A stretch of 64,000 nt of DNA from NCBI GenBank assembly GCA_028534125.1, contig CM052825.1:1178001-1242000 (forward strand), read 5' to 3'. Positions 12,925 to 24,900 of the stretch are shown here, one piece after another. Under the pieces are notes generated by a model. That model had not been told where the DNA came from. It was given only the letters and a program-made list of their open reading frames with translations, and searched no databases. The stretch comes from Lama glama (lineage: Eukaryota). Position 1 is the first letter of the stretch; the number at the start of each line of letters is the position of its first letter. The position numbers and the translations under genes are program-made.

Positions 12925-15900
12925 CTGCAGGGGAAGGAGAGGTGGTGAGTCCCCAGCCCGTCTCACAAGGACAGACACGGGACAGCATGGCAACAGGCCA
13001 GCTGCAACGGGTATAGGCTTGCCCCACTCCCCCGGCCAGGGTGCACGTGGACTCCAGCCCTGGGTCTGCCCGCACCCATGCGTGATTCGACAGACACCTC
13101 CCCGTGTGCAGCCAAGTCCCCACTGGGGCTGGCGTCCACGGCACGGCCAGCTCTGGGGAGCAGGGAGAGGGCGGAGCCACGAGAGCAGAGTTCACATGGA
13201 GACTCTGCACCACGTGGCCGGGGGGCCACCTTGCTTGCCACCTGGAGACCAGATCCTTGGGTGAGGACAGGCGGCAGGTCTGGGAGACCCCCTGGGTCCA
13301 CCATCCTGAACCCACCCCCAGCCCATCTAGCTGGGTATCTCAGAGCAGAGGGCCCCCCCAAACCAGACCCAACTGCCACCCCCACCAGGTTTACAGCCTG
13401 ACCGGGAGAAACCAGCTGTCTGAAGCCACCAGCGGACACGGCCATCACCATGACTCCTGCACCCACGGCGCCTTCCCAGTACTTAAACCTTGATCTGTTC
13501 CTCCTTAATTAGCGAGTTGTCGCTGAGGCCAGGGGCTGCCCCGTGGTCTGTCTGGAGTTGCCCTGGGGGTCGTGGGAAAATCCCTGGCCTGGAGTCATCA
13601 GCCTCGTGTGAGTCCTGCCTCCCTGGGGGCTGTGAGTCCCTGGACCCCCTCTGTGATGGGGACATGACCTCCTCAGGCCGGCCTAGGACCAGCTAACCAC
13701 CGGCTCCTAGGCAGGGCCAGCAGAGGGTGAGCGGAGGCAGCCGGGGTTGCTTTCTGGAGGAGGGGAGGGGGACGGGACGGGGAGCCTGCATTTGAGGGAA
13801 AGACAGCCAGTGGAGCAGCCCCCCTCCCTGCCGTCAGGTGGCTCAAGCCAGGGCCCGCAGGGCTGGTGGCCGGGGGCTGGGCGGGCCCAGGGGGGAGCTC
13901 GGAGCTCGACGAGCCCCACACGCTCCGCAGCCCACAGCTGTGAGGGGTGCGGGGCCCCTCCCCGCTTTACAAGCAGGGACATGAGTGCTGAGCCCCCTGG
14001 CCACAGGCTCACAGCAGAGGCGGGGCTCTCTGAGCCCAGGGCCAAACTCCCGACAGCCTCGCTACCTCTCACACACTCCGGAAGGCGCCCTGGCTCTGAA
14101 CGAGGAACGGGCAGCGCTCCCCGCAGCCTCTGTGCAGCACCTGGGCTGCCGGGCGCCCACCCACCTGCCTCGGCCCTGCCCACACCCGCCCCGCAACATG
14201 ACCCGGCCCTGCCTGCCTGGGACACCCTCCCTGTAGCTGAGAGCCTGTCCGTCGGGGACGTAGACACGGAGCTCCCGATCAGTCAAGGAGCCGGACTACG
14301 AAATCAGGAGAGTGACCGGCCTGTGTGGTGATGCTTCCCCTGTGTCAGACTGCACGGTCTTTACAAGATCGCAGATGTGCAATGGGAAAATTAAATTCTG
14401 GTAATAAATGCGGCCTGACCTTGGAGAAGAAAACATCCCCTCTGCCGTCAGGCATCAAAATGCGGCCCGTCACTCAGTTCCCAGACGCCCACAAGTAGGC
14501 AGGGCCTCACCCTCGGGCTGGGACGTGCCACCTGCCGCTTGTGGGAGCATGCTCCCCGCGCCTGCCCAGCCGCCCTGGGACCCCCCGCAGGCGCTCCTGG
14601 CACACGGGGCAGGGCCCGAATGTGGGCTCAGTGGAGCGGCGGCCTCCAGGTCACAGGCCTGCCAGAGGAAGGGAGGGCATGGGCCCTGGTCCGCCCTGTC
14701 CAGGTGGGGCAAGGGGGCGCAGCTTCCAACACAGCCCACCCAGTGACGTGAGTCCGGGGGGACCGTGACCAAGCACTGTGATTTGGGACAAAGTCAGTGT
14801 CTTGACCACCCCATGGTCCCAGTAGCTCAGTTGCTTACATAAACGCGAATGAATAATTTACACGACGGTTTGGATTAAATAAATAAAAGATAGCCCTCCT
14901 CCTTGGGAAAGGCCGTGCTCTGACACAGCCTCTTCCCGGAGTAGAGGCGCGTCCTCTGGTGGGGCTGGGTGGCCTGTGCGCAGCGGGATCCCAGGAGTCT
15001 GCGGTGACCCCGCACCACACCCACCAGCACAGCTGTCCCGTCCAGGCCCGGTGGTCGGTCACAGGCCTGTCCGGGGGCGATGACCACACGTGGGCAGACA
15101 GAGCCAGCAGGGCAGACGAGTGGTCCTGCCGGGGGACCTCACTGCCCCATGCATGTCCCAGGCCGCTCAGGCGCACCACGGACGGTGTCACCGGATGCTT
15201 GGGATGAAGACCTCCAAGTAGCCCCCTCCCCTCCTGTCCCTCCCTTCTCCTCCCTCACCCCCTCCCCGTGCCGCCAGTGAGGGAGGAGATCAGCACTCAG
15301 AGAGGCCCAGACGCGGCCCAGCCCTCTCCTGCCCTCCAGCCCTCCAGTGTGCTGCCCACCTTCCCTCCGAGCCAAAGCCCTCTCTCCTTGATCCCCCACC
15401 CCCAGCCTGGGCCCCTCTCCCCTCAGGGGTTCTGCAAGTCCTTGGGGAGGGAAAGGGACGGGGAGGAAGGCTGGTGGACAAGTGGACATCAGGGAACAGA
15501 GGACTGGATCGCCCAGAGCCCCAGTGTGGAGGGCGGGCCCGGGGGTGCAGGCGAGGGATGGACATGGAGGTCAGGGGCAGCGCCGTCTGCCCTCTGCCCT
15601 GGTAGGAGCGCCCGGCCCAGGCCCACAGGCTGCCTCCAGCCATGTCCAAGGGGCCGTGCGCCGGCTCTGACCTCTACCCCATCCGCCACCATCCCCGACG
15701 CCTGCTCCTCCTGGAACTGCAGAAGCAGCTGTGAAGCTCCGTGGGAAGGACGTGGAGCAAAAATAAACTGCACTTTGTTACGTAAAGGCTGGCAGGAGCG
15801 CTTCACCCCGGGAGCAGAGCCGTCAGGATAAAGAAGCAGTTAAGGGCGGGCATCTCTGGAGACCCAGTTCACAGCCCAGAACTCGGGGGCTGGTTCTCCC

Positions 15901-18900
15901 TAGAGGGGCGGGTGGAGCCAGCGAGAGGCAGGCAGGCAGGTGGACGGGCGGACGAAGGCCGGAGCCCTGCGTGGTCTCTGCCCGGCCCCAGCAGGCGGTG
16001 TGCCGCCCGGCAGAGCCCGGCTGTGCGCCTGCTTCGCTCAGAGAGCCGCTCCACAGCCGTTCAACGTCCGTCTTGTCGGTCTGCAGGCCAAAGGGGGCGG
16101 GGCGGGGCGGCAGTGGTGGGAAGGCCTCTGCTCTGGGCTGACGGCTGTGGGCCTGGCGCGGCCCCACACTCGGGAAGGCGGGGCCAACCCTCGTCCTGGA
16201 GCGCTGAGAGCAGGGCGGATGAGACCCCGCTGGGACGCCACCTCCGGGGACCGGGTCCCTGCACGAGTTCTCAGGGGGCACGGGGCTTCCTCCACAGGAG
16301 CCGTCATCCCACGGCACAGTATTTAAGGCAGCCTTTGCCCAGCGGGTGCTTCCTCCAGCAGACGCGAGCTCAGGAGGCCAGGACCCGGTCTTTCAGCTGT
16401 TGCCGTGTCCCCAGGGCGTTTCGAGGAGCCCAGAGGACAGCAGGTGAATGGCCACTTCTCCATAACCCTCGTCACACCCCCAAAAACCTGATGGAGGTTT
16501 ACACAAGAGCCCCAATCCCAGACACGGCGAGCGGAATGCACGCTCACTCTTGCCCCCGCTGCAGCCGCGGGGAGAGGGGAAAGAGGCAGCAGACGGGGGT
16601 GGACACATGGCAGGCGGTGAGGAGCAGCCGGGTGCAGGCCTGGGGGGCAGGGACTCACCGCCCCGGGCCGGGGAGGCGGCGGGAGCACGGCGGGGCCAAG
16701 GGCTGGGAGGCGCGGGAGCCGGGGCTCTGAGGGTCTAGCGAGGGGGTGTCCACTGCTCGGCCCCCGCCCCCTGGGGAGGAGGCACCAGGTCTGACAGGCC
16801 GGACACGAGGCTGAGCCAGAAGGGGTGACCGGCTTAACCACGAGACCAAGAGTGCAGCTGCGGCCAGCGCTGCAAGACGCCCTCCCGTCCCGGGCGCCAG
16901 CCTCACGCCCGCAGGCAGAACTGAGGCGCCGGGCAGCCCGCTGGCCGTGGCACCCGCCTCCGTTTCAGCCACCGGTTTCCCAAGAAGCCAACCTACGCGA
17001 TGCTGACTGGGCTCCACACCTGTGCGGGGACGGGGGCAGGAGGAAGCGGGTCTGGGGGAGAAGTCACCTGCAGCCGCCCGCCCCCAGCCCAGCTGACCCA
17101 GTGGGGGGTCTGCAGGGCCGCAGGGCTTTCACCCCCTCCCTGTACTCAGTCACCAGAGGGAGAGTGACTTCGCCTGGTGGCTCTGCGCCCAGCAGGGCAG
17201 GCGCGGTGGGGCGGGGAGAGGGCCTGGCAGCTAAGCTCCCCGCCGACCCCTCAGCAGAGGGAGGCCCACCGCCAGCGCCCCCAACCCAAAGAACTGTCCA
17301 CTCCCTCCCACGCCAGCACCCCCATCCCCGCCAGACACTGCAGGAAATTCCTAACCAAAGGGCAAGAATGAAACCTGCAGGAGCAGGAAGCCTTAAGCAC
17401 AGCGACTTCCGCCCTCGCCGGAGCGAAGCAGAGTCCCCCTACAACCGGAGCTACACCCACGCGGACGGCCGTCCAGGAGGGGCTGAGAGAGAGAGAGCAG
17501 AAGCCACGTCCCAGAGGGGCCCTGCTGAAACCGCGACCAGAACCAGACAGGGACAACAGCAAAGAAAAAACAAGAGATTCCAACTAGCAGAAATTCTATA
17601 CAAAGAGCCTGCAGACCACGGACGGGAAAAAACGCCAAGGAGACCACAAGGAAAGCCTCCAGACGCCGGGACGCGCCTCCCCGGGCCGAGCCGGCAGCAC
17701 GTGGCCGGCTCGGATCACGCAGATGTGGCTGGAGCCGGAGCCCCGCCCGGCACAGCCCCGACCCGCCCGCGGCGGGGAGCCCATGTAGCTCCCGCCAGAG
17801 CGCGCCCCAGTCTGAGAGCTGACAAGGGACGTTCTCACGCTCGCCCTGCCGCTCCCAGCTGCTGGAGGACAGCCGGCCGAGTGGAGACACAGTGCTGGGG
17901 CCCGGGGCCCTGCAGAGGGACACACGTGCCGGGGGGGAGGGGAGTCGCGGAGCGCTGGACCGGGGTGAGAGCGAGGGGCTGGGCGCAGGGGCCGGGGACC
18001 ACAGGGGAGCACGGCCGAGGAAATGAAGCAGCCGCCCAGCTGACGGGGCCGCATGTCCTAAGCACTGGGAGTGGGCGATGGCTCTGCCGGAGGGTCCCAG
18101 GGGGACTGGACACGCCAGGTGGACAACCAGGACCGAGAGAGTGAGGCATACAGCGAGTCTAGGCAAAAAGACGACCCGTGGCCTGAGATAGCCACAGCTG
18201 TGCTTGCCCTGAGGCCCCGAGAGCAGCGTGAGCACGGAGGGCCGGGCTGGGCTCGTCTGCGGGAGCCTCCAGGAACCGGCCCAGCCCACGGCGGGGAGGA
18301 AGGACCACCGCGGGGTCTGCCTCCTCGTGGCCCAGGGAGGGCAGCCCTCGGCGCAAAGGCAGACGGGGGGGGGTGCGGCTGACCCCTCCGCCCCTCCTGC
18401 CCACGCCCATGCCCGGCCATGGTCCTCACAAAAGCACGTGCTGACCACAGAGGCTCCGAGAGGCTTTCGTCCCTGAGATGGTGGCTGAGGAAAGCCCAGG
18501 GCAGCCGGGGCCCCAGGGTGTGTGGGGGTCGACGTCCCCAAGAGCGGCTGGTGCCAGACTGGCCCCCATCAGCACCCCAACCCCAGCTCCTTGAATGGAC
18601 ACCCGGTGTGCAGATGCCGAGGGGGAGCTGGGGCGAGGGGCGGAGGGGCCGGCCCAGCCAGAGGCCCAGAGGAGAGGAGCCCGTGCTGCTGAGGACCCGG
18701 CCCTGCGGGCGGAGCCGTCACGGGCCACCTACCGGTGCTCCTGCTCCAACCTGTTTAGGGGCTGGAAGCAGCTTTTGAAATTTTCCTCTGGGGACTCAAG
18801 ACAGTCATTTTTCTTTCTGAAAAATGAATAAAAAACACTTAGGCAATGCTAGGATTTCAGACTTTAGAAAAACCACAGAAAAGACGAAGATGTCACCACC

Positions 18901-20844
18901 AGGAGGAGCAGCCCTCAGAGCCAGGCCGAGTCAGCGGCTGTTTCTCACCGTGGCGCATGTGGGGGCCACTCCCAGCACGCCAGCGTGAAGGGCAGCAAGG
19001 AAGGACCTGGGGACTGGCCAGCGAGGAAGGCTGCAGGGGGAGGTCAGGGTGCCAGGGCGGGCGGCGCACCATCCACCTTTCCGAGGGACGGGACCACCAG
19101 CTTCCCGCTCCGCTCCAGGCCACAGAGGAAGCCTGGGTGCCTCTGATCCTGTGCCCTCTGCCCTCTGCCCTCTGGGCTTCCTTGGCTCCTGTGTTCACGC
19201 AAACCCTTCCTCCACAGCCTGGAAGGCTCCTTGGGGCATGGTGCCAAGCTCTTTCTCCGAGGCCTCCATTTTCTCAGCACATCCGTAAGCAGGCTGGGTG
19301 AGCGTCTGGCCCACAGCAGGGAGACCGAAGCTCAGAACAGGGATGGGACGGGCTCTGAACTGGCTACCCTGGCCCACGGCTCAGACGAAGCTGGTTCGCC
19401 CGTGGGACCAGGGCGGCTGAGGAGCCGGCCCCTTGGGAAGCACTCTGGGGCTCCCCAGCAGGCGCTGAGAACTGGCTGTGCTCCGGCCCAGCGCTGGGCC
19501 GCGCTCCCAGGGCTGAATTATTCATGTTTGGTAACTTCTAAACTATTTCAGTTTTTCATTTTTAAATATTTAATAATTAGGCATCAAATATTTATGCAAT
19601 TTTATTAGCGATCGCGAGAGCCGGCAGCGCAGGGCTACGGCTGGGGGTGCATCCTGCTCCTGGCTGGCCATCTGGCGGGAGGAGGGGACGGGGCCTTCTG
19701 TGGGCTTCAAGCTCTGGGACGCCTCGCCGAGCTCCCGCCGGTCCTCCTGGAAGCCGCCTTCCCTTCCCAGATCCCGAGTCCGGAGGAGAACCTTGGTGGG
19801 CTGGCAGGCACTGAGGTCCGCACGTGCCCTACCAGCCTGGCAGCTGAAGGTTCCGGGCTCCCCTCCCTGCATGGCACTTGGGCACGAGGCCTTTCCAAGA
19901 AAGGGCCCTGCACGGCACCACCGTCCCCCACTGCTGGCTGCAGGGGCAGGAGGACAGGACCCTACCGTCCACGAGCCGGAACCTCCTGCCGCGGGAGGGG
20001 CGTCTGTGTTCAAACTGTCTACAGCCAGAGGCCCAGGAACAGTCTCTCCCTCACGAGCCCGTGTTCCCCCGCTGGGCCGGAAATTGCACGTTTTACACGA
20101 GAGGAGACTCTGGCCCTGGAATCACACGCAGATGAGCAGCACGCATGCCCACCGCCCGGCTGCCTGGCAGACGCCCGCCCTGGGTACGCGCAGTGCCGGC
20201 TTTCAAACGGGCATCTGTGTGTGATTAACTGCTCACTCCAGCAAGCAGCCTGTCACCTCGCACAGAGGGATCTGAAAAGACACCGGCAATTACAGCCCCC
20301 CAGATTACGGGGCGGGAGTCCCGGCTGACAAGCAGGCGCTGGTGTGATGCCACATCCTCAGGAAGGCTCCCTCACCAGAGACGCAGCAGCCCGAGCCCCA
20401 GGCCCAGCGCCCCCGACTCGCAGCCGCCCTCTGACGGATGGATGTGGGGACGGGCCCGTGGGGACGGGCCCGAGGGGACCGGTGCCCTGCCCAGCATCAC
20501 CCAGCAGGGAGCAGAGAAGCTGGACATTTGGGCCGGGCCTTCCGGGGAAACAGCAGCGCCAGCACTGCTGTGAGGACCCGGCCCTGAACACCGGGCCCCG
20601 CCTCGGTCAGAAAGGCCGAGGGCACGGGCATGGCCCCTCGGGAGCCCCGTGTCTGGTATCTCCGCGGAACTCCCTGCTCTCTAACCTTATTTACGTATTT
20701 ATCTGCTTGGTGAGCTCGCACCCTGCCAGGACGGGGGCCTGGGCCACACCGACTACGGCTTCCCCGGGCAGCAGGACCTGGGACGCACTTGCCCCGTAGA
20801 GATGAGGTGGAACTCCCTCTGCACTCCCTGGCTGGTCTGAGCCT

Positions 20845-20910
20845 GTGACAACCCTACGAGGGTCCCTCGGGCACGCCCATTTCATGGACAGGGAGACTGA
20901 GGGTCAGTTA
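20845..20910 (-). mobile_element. MIR SINE fragment
   Basis: acaaccctacgagg...cccatttcatggacagggagactgaggg matches the MIR core. Confidence 0.55.
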
Positions 20911-21879
20911 GAAACAAACTGCTGGAAGCTGTGCTTGCACGCTCACGTGTGTACTTGCACACGCACACGTGCTCACATGCCAGAGCCAGGCCCCACCCAG
21001 AGGGCAGAGGCACACAACAGCTTCAGCTGGGACGGGAGAGCAGCTGCTGACCACCAGTTTCCAGCAACTTCCTTCCACGCACGCCTGGGCAGGTGGGCTG
21101 CCAGGGGTTTCTGGTGAGCAGAGTGGCAAGGGCATGGGGGGAGCCGGGATGCTGGCCGTCGTGGTTCCAGCTCCGGCTCCGGCTCCGGCTACGAGGGGCG
21201 GGCAGGGGCTGTGGCGCCCTCTGTCCACGCTGCGGGCTGCATGGATGGTTACCTTCCGACAGCAGGCTTCCAGGAGCTAACCCCCTGGAGGAGAGCTCCT
21301 CTCGGAGAGGAAGCCTTTGCGGAGCTCATCTTTTATCGACTGACTCATTTCCGAGTCAATCTGTCTGCTTTCGGCAAGACAAGAGTTTTAGATCTTCTGC
21401 CTTGCCCTCCTTTGGCGAGGCGGCAGTCTATTAACACCTGCTCGCGTGTGCAGCAGGGCCTGGATCTGAGATGTGACGACTTCACAGAGCAGGAGGTGAG
21501 GGAAGAGGACCCCAGAACTGCTGGAGCGACTGGAGAGAGGGAGAGAGGGCAGGCTCTGGAAGGAGGGAGGCCGAGGAAGGACGCAGGCAGGGAAGGCGAC
21601 CCGAGGGGCCCGGGACGGCATGCACCAGGCTCCCAGCAGAGCCAGCCTGGGGGGACATCTCCGGAGAAGATGGGACTGGGATGGGGAGTGAATGAACGAG
21701 AAGCGCCTCGGCTCTGCCTGCAGGAAGGAGCGGGCCAGACGCTCTCGCCCGGCCCGGAGGGCAGTGGGGCGGCTCCCAGGGCTGATCTGCTCCCCAGCAT
21801 CAATGACAGGCAGGTCCCCCAGCCCCTCTGCCCGGACAGCGGCCCTGCGGTCCCAGGGGTCTGCGTGGAGGCAGTGTCC

Positions 21880-22020
21880 CCACTGCAAAATTCACTGCGG
21901 CCCAGCACAGCAGGCAGTGCAGGCTCTGCCTGAGGAGGGAGCGGAGGCTCAGAGAAGTCCAGTGACTCGCCTGAGGACACACAGCGGTTGGTGGTGGAGC
22001 CAGGTCTCCTGACTCCTGCT
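21880..22020 (-). mobile_element. MIR SINE fragment
   Basis: gaggctcagagaagtccagtgactcgcctgaggacacacagc...ggtggagccaggtctcctgactcc matches the MIR core. Confidence 0.65.
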
Positions 22021-22574
22021 CCCGGGGGCAGGGGTGGGGCTCTGCCTGACAACCAACGTTGTGCCCAGAAGAAGACGCCTCTGCTGTGGCAGCGCCCCAC
22101 GAGCCCCGGCTGGCCAAGGGAAATGCTTCTCCCTCCAGTTTCTGCCCCGTTCCTACCTCTCCCCAACCACGAGGAACCGCAGCATCACCAGCATCCGGAC
22201 GCCGGCGCGCAAGGTGAGGGAGGCGGGAGGTCACCCTGGGCGCCCGCCCGAGGCCCACAGGGCTTCAGGAGCCCCCACGCCCCCCACCCCGGAGCCAGAA
22301 ACAGGAAGCGGATTCTCCCCAGAGCCTCCGGGAGGAACACAGCCCTCCACACTGTGACTTCAGCCGAGTGAGATCCGACACCCAGAGCTGTCACGTGACA
22401 CGTCCGTATGCGTCGAGCCCAGCAGCATGTGGCGACTCGTCACAGTGGCTGCAGGGAGCTGACTCGGGGGCTGCGCGACCGTCAGGCCTCTGGGTTTCTG
22501 AGGCCACCCCTCCCTGCCAGGCAGCAGTGGGGTCGCAGCGGCCACGGCCCCAGGAGCTTTAGGAACGCCGGTCG

Positions 22575-22740
22575 GTTATGTCGGAGGGTGCTGTGTGCCA
22601 GGCACCGTCCCAGGCTTGGGGGACACGGTCTGGACAGACAGGTAAAAACCCCGCCCTGGTGGAAGTTACATTCCGACTAGGGACACGGGTGAAAACGAGG
22701 TGAAGGGGACAGATGGGCAGCGCTGCAGAGGTGGTCGCGC
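22575..22740 (-). mobile_element. L2 LINE 3' end relic
   Basis: tgtgtgccaggcaccgtcccaggcttgggggacac...cccgccctggtggaagttacattc is the reverse of the L2 3' terminus. Confidence 0.65.
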
Positions 22741-23039
22741 TATAGCGGACAAGGATGTGGGCGGGGAGGCCGCCGCGGGGTTGGGGGGCGGAGGTGCCCG
22801 CCAAGAGGCGACGCTGCAGCCCAAGGGGAGCCGGGGCGGGAGCTGACAGCGCGCCGCAGGCAGAGAGCCACGCAGGCAGAAGTCCTGAGGCGGGAGTGGG
22901 CCCTGATGGTCCCAGGGAAGCGAGGAAGGCACCAGCCCCGGAGCTGGCCTGGAGAAGCAAACGGCCTCTAAGAAGAGCAGTGAGGCTGGGGGACTCGCGC
23001 TGTCAAGACGCAGTCCTGGTGCCAATGCAGGTACGGCAG

Positions 23040-23935
23040 AGACTCCAGGCCGAGACCGACACGCGCATCCACCCTCGAGGCTGGCGGGAGCAGCAGCCAG
23101 CGGACACCTGGGTGCGAACAAACAGACCCTGACCCCCCGTTACAACGCATGCCCAAATGAACCGACACGGGCCACACGTCTCCACATAAAAGCCTCTGGA
23201 AGAAAGTGGGGGGCGACAGTGGGGGGAAGCAGAGTCCTCAGGACACACAGCCCCCGCAGAGGCACAGGGGCAGGCCAGACCCCATCGGCACTACAGTGCT
23301 CAGAAAGTGACCCCGTGACAACCACCTAGCTGAAAAACGGGCCAAAGACTCATGCGGACATTTCACCAGGGAGGATGTGCCCGCGCTGCGACCCCGCGTC
23401 AGCCCTCGGGATGCTCTAGCCGACGAGCCACAGGGCGCCCCGCGGAGGGGACGGGGAGCAGCAGAGCGGGAAACGGCGCAGCTGCTCTGGAAGGCACTTC
23501 AGCAGTTCCTAAAGTGAAGCATAAACTTTCCATACAATCCTGCAACCCCACTCCCCCCCAAGAGAATGTGAACCTGACACACATTCAGGTGCTCACAGCA
23601 GCCAAGCAGCAGCGACAAGGGACAGGCGACGGAGCGTGGGCGTCACCAGGAGCTCAGAGCAATGAAGGCTGGCTCTGCGGCAGCGTGGGGGACCCTCGAC
23701 ACGGCACACTCGGGGGCAGAGCAGACAGACGCCCGTGTGCTGTGCGCTCCCCTCCACGTGCAGTGTCCGGAGAAGACACCCCTGCGGACAGAGCGCAGCT
23801 CAGTGGCGGGCGGGGCTGCGGGTGGGAACAGACGCTGACTGTGACGGGAACGTGCCGGCGTTAGACCGTGGAGACGGCTGCACACTTACTAAAGACACCT
23901 AACTGTACATTTAAAATAGGAGCAAACTGGGAGTT
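23040..23935 (+). mobile_element. L1 ORF2-end/3' UTR relic (L1MB/L1ME-like), GC-shifted
   Basis: gcagctgctctggaaggcacttcagcagttcctaaagtgaagcataaactttccatacaatcctgcaaccccactcc and the terminal tactaaagacacctaactgtacatttaaaatagg. Confidence 0.75.
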
Positions 23936-23954
23936 TAGTTTTTATCCCCTCTCT

Positions 23955-24900
23955 TTTTTTAAAGATGTTTAGAGAAGTTTTAGGTTCATAGAATTGTGCG
24001 GGAGATACAGAGCTCCCCTGAAACCAGCACACAGGCACCGCCTCCCCGTGGTCACCGCCCCGCAGCAGAGGGGCGGCCGGTACGCCTGGTGGACCTACCT
24101 GGACACGACATGGTCACCAAAGCCCAGCGCGCACAACACAGTTCACTCGGGGGGGGGGGGGGCTGTGCGCTCTGCGGGTTTGGACAAACAGAGGCGTGTG
24201 AGCACCGTCAGCGTCACACAGAGCAGCTTCGCTGCCTCGAACACCCTCTGTGCCCCAGCCTGCCCCGCTCCCGCCCCTCAGCCCTGGCCACCGCTGGTCG
24301 TCCCAGGGTGTCCCTGTTTGCCTTTTCCGGAAGGTCACAGGGGTGGAATCACAGTGTGGAGCCTTTTCAGGCTGGCTTCTTTCACTTGGCAGCATACGCG
24401 TGTGAGGTTCCTCGGTGGCTTTCCAGGACTTGATAGCTCATTTCTTTGCAGCACTGAGCAACGTTCCACTGTCTGCCGGACCACGTTGCTCTAATCCATT
24501 CCCCTCCCGAAAGATAGCTTGGTTGCTTCCAGGGTTTGGTAGTTATAATTAAAGCAGCAGGAGGGGAAGGTGCAGCTCAGTGGTGGAGCGTGTGCTCAGC
24601 GTGCACGAGGTCCTGGGTTCCATCCCCAGTACTGCCATTAATAAAAATTAAAAAAAAAAAAACAGCTTTCTGTTCTTTTAGGCGAACGCTAAGGAGTGTG
24701 CCTGCTGGACCATATGGTCGTTTTGTAAAGAACCACCACGCTGGCTCCCAGAGATGCCACGCCGTGTTGCACCCCCACCAGTGATGCATGAGAGCACTTG
24801 AGGCCCCACGTCCTCGCAGCATCGTGATGGCATCTCCCGGTTGCCTGAGGAGTTCCGTACTGAACATGACAATTCTCTGATGCCTCAGAGACACCCAAGG
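23955..24900 (-). mobile_element. L1 3' end relic (L1MC-like), interrupted by a SINE
   Basis: tttagagaagttttaggttcatagaattgtgcgggagatacagagctcccc and gccttttccggaaggtcacaggggtggaatcacagtgtggagccttttcaggctggcttctttcactt are the reverse of the L1MC 3' UTR. Confidence 0.8.
24560..24662 (+). mobile_element. tRNA-Ala-derived SINE (camelid Vic-1-like, short form)
   Basis: ggggaaggtgcagctcagtggtggagcgtgtgctcagcgtgcacgaggtcctgggttccatccccagtactgcca plus an A-rich tail; A and B box remnants; imperfect TSD aaagcagc/aaaacagc. Confidence 0.88.

Noticed and set aside
16825-18541. Long overlapping ORFs (439 aa plus strand, 382 aa minus strand)
   Set aside because: Low-complexity R/P/G/A composition, no recognisable domain, open on both strands, and part of it looks like a degraded A-rich L1-like tract. 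Expected in stop-poor GC-rich DNA.
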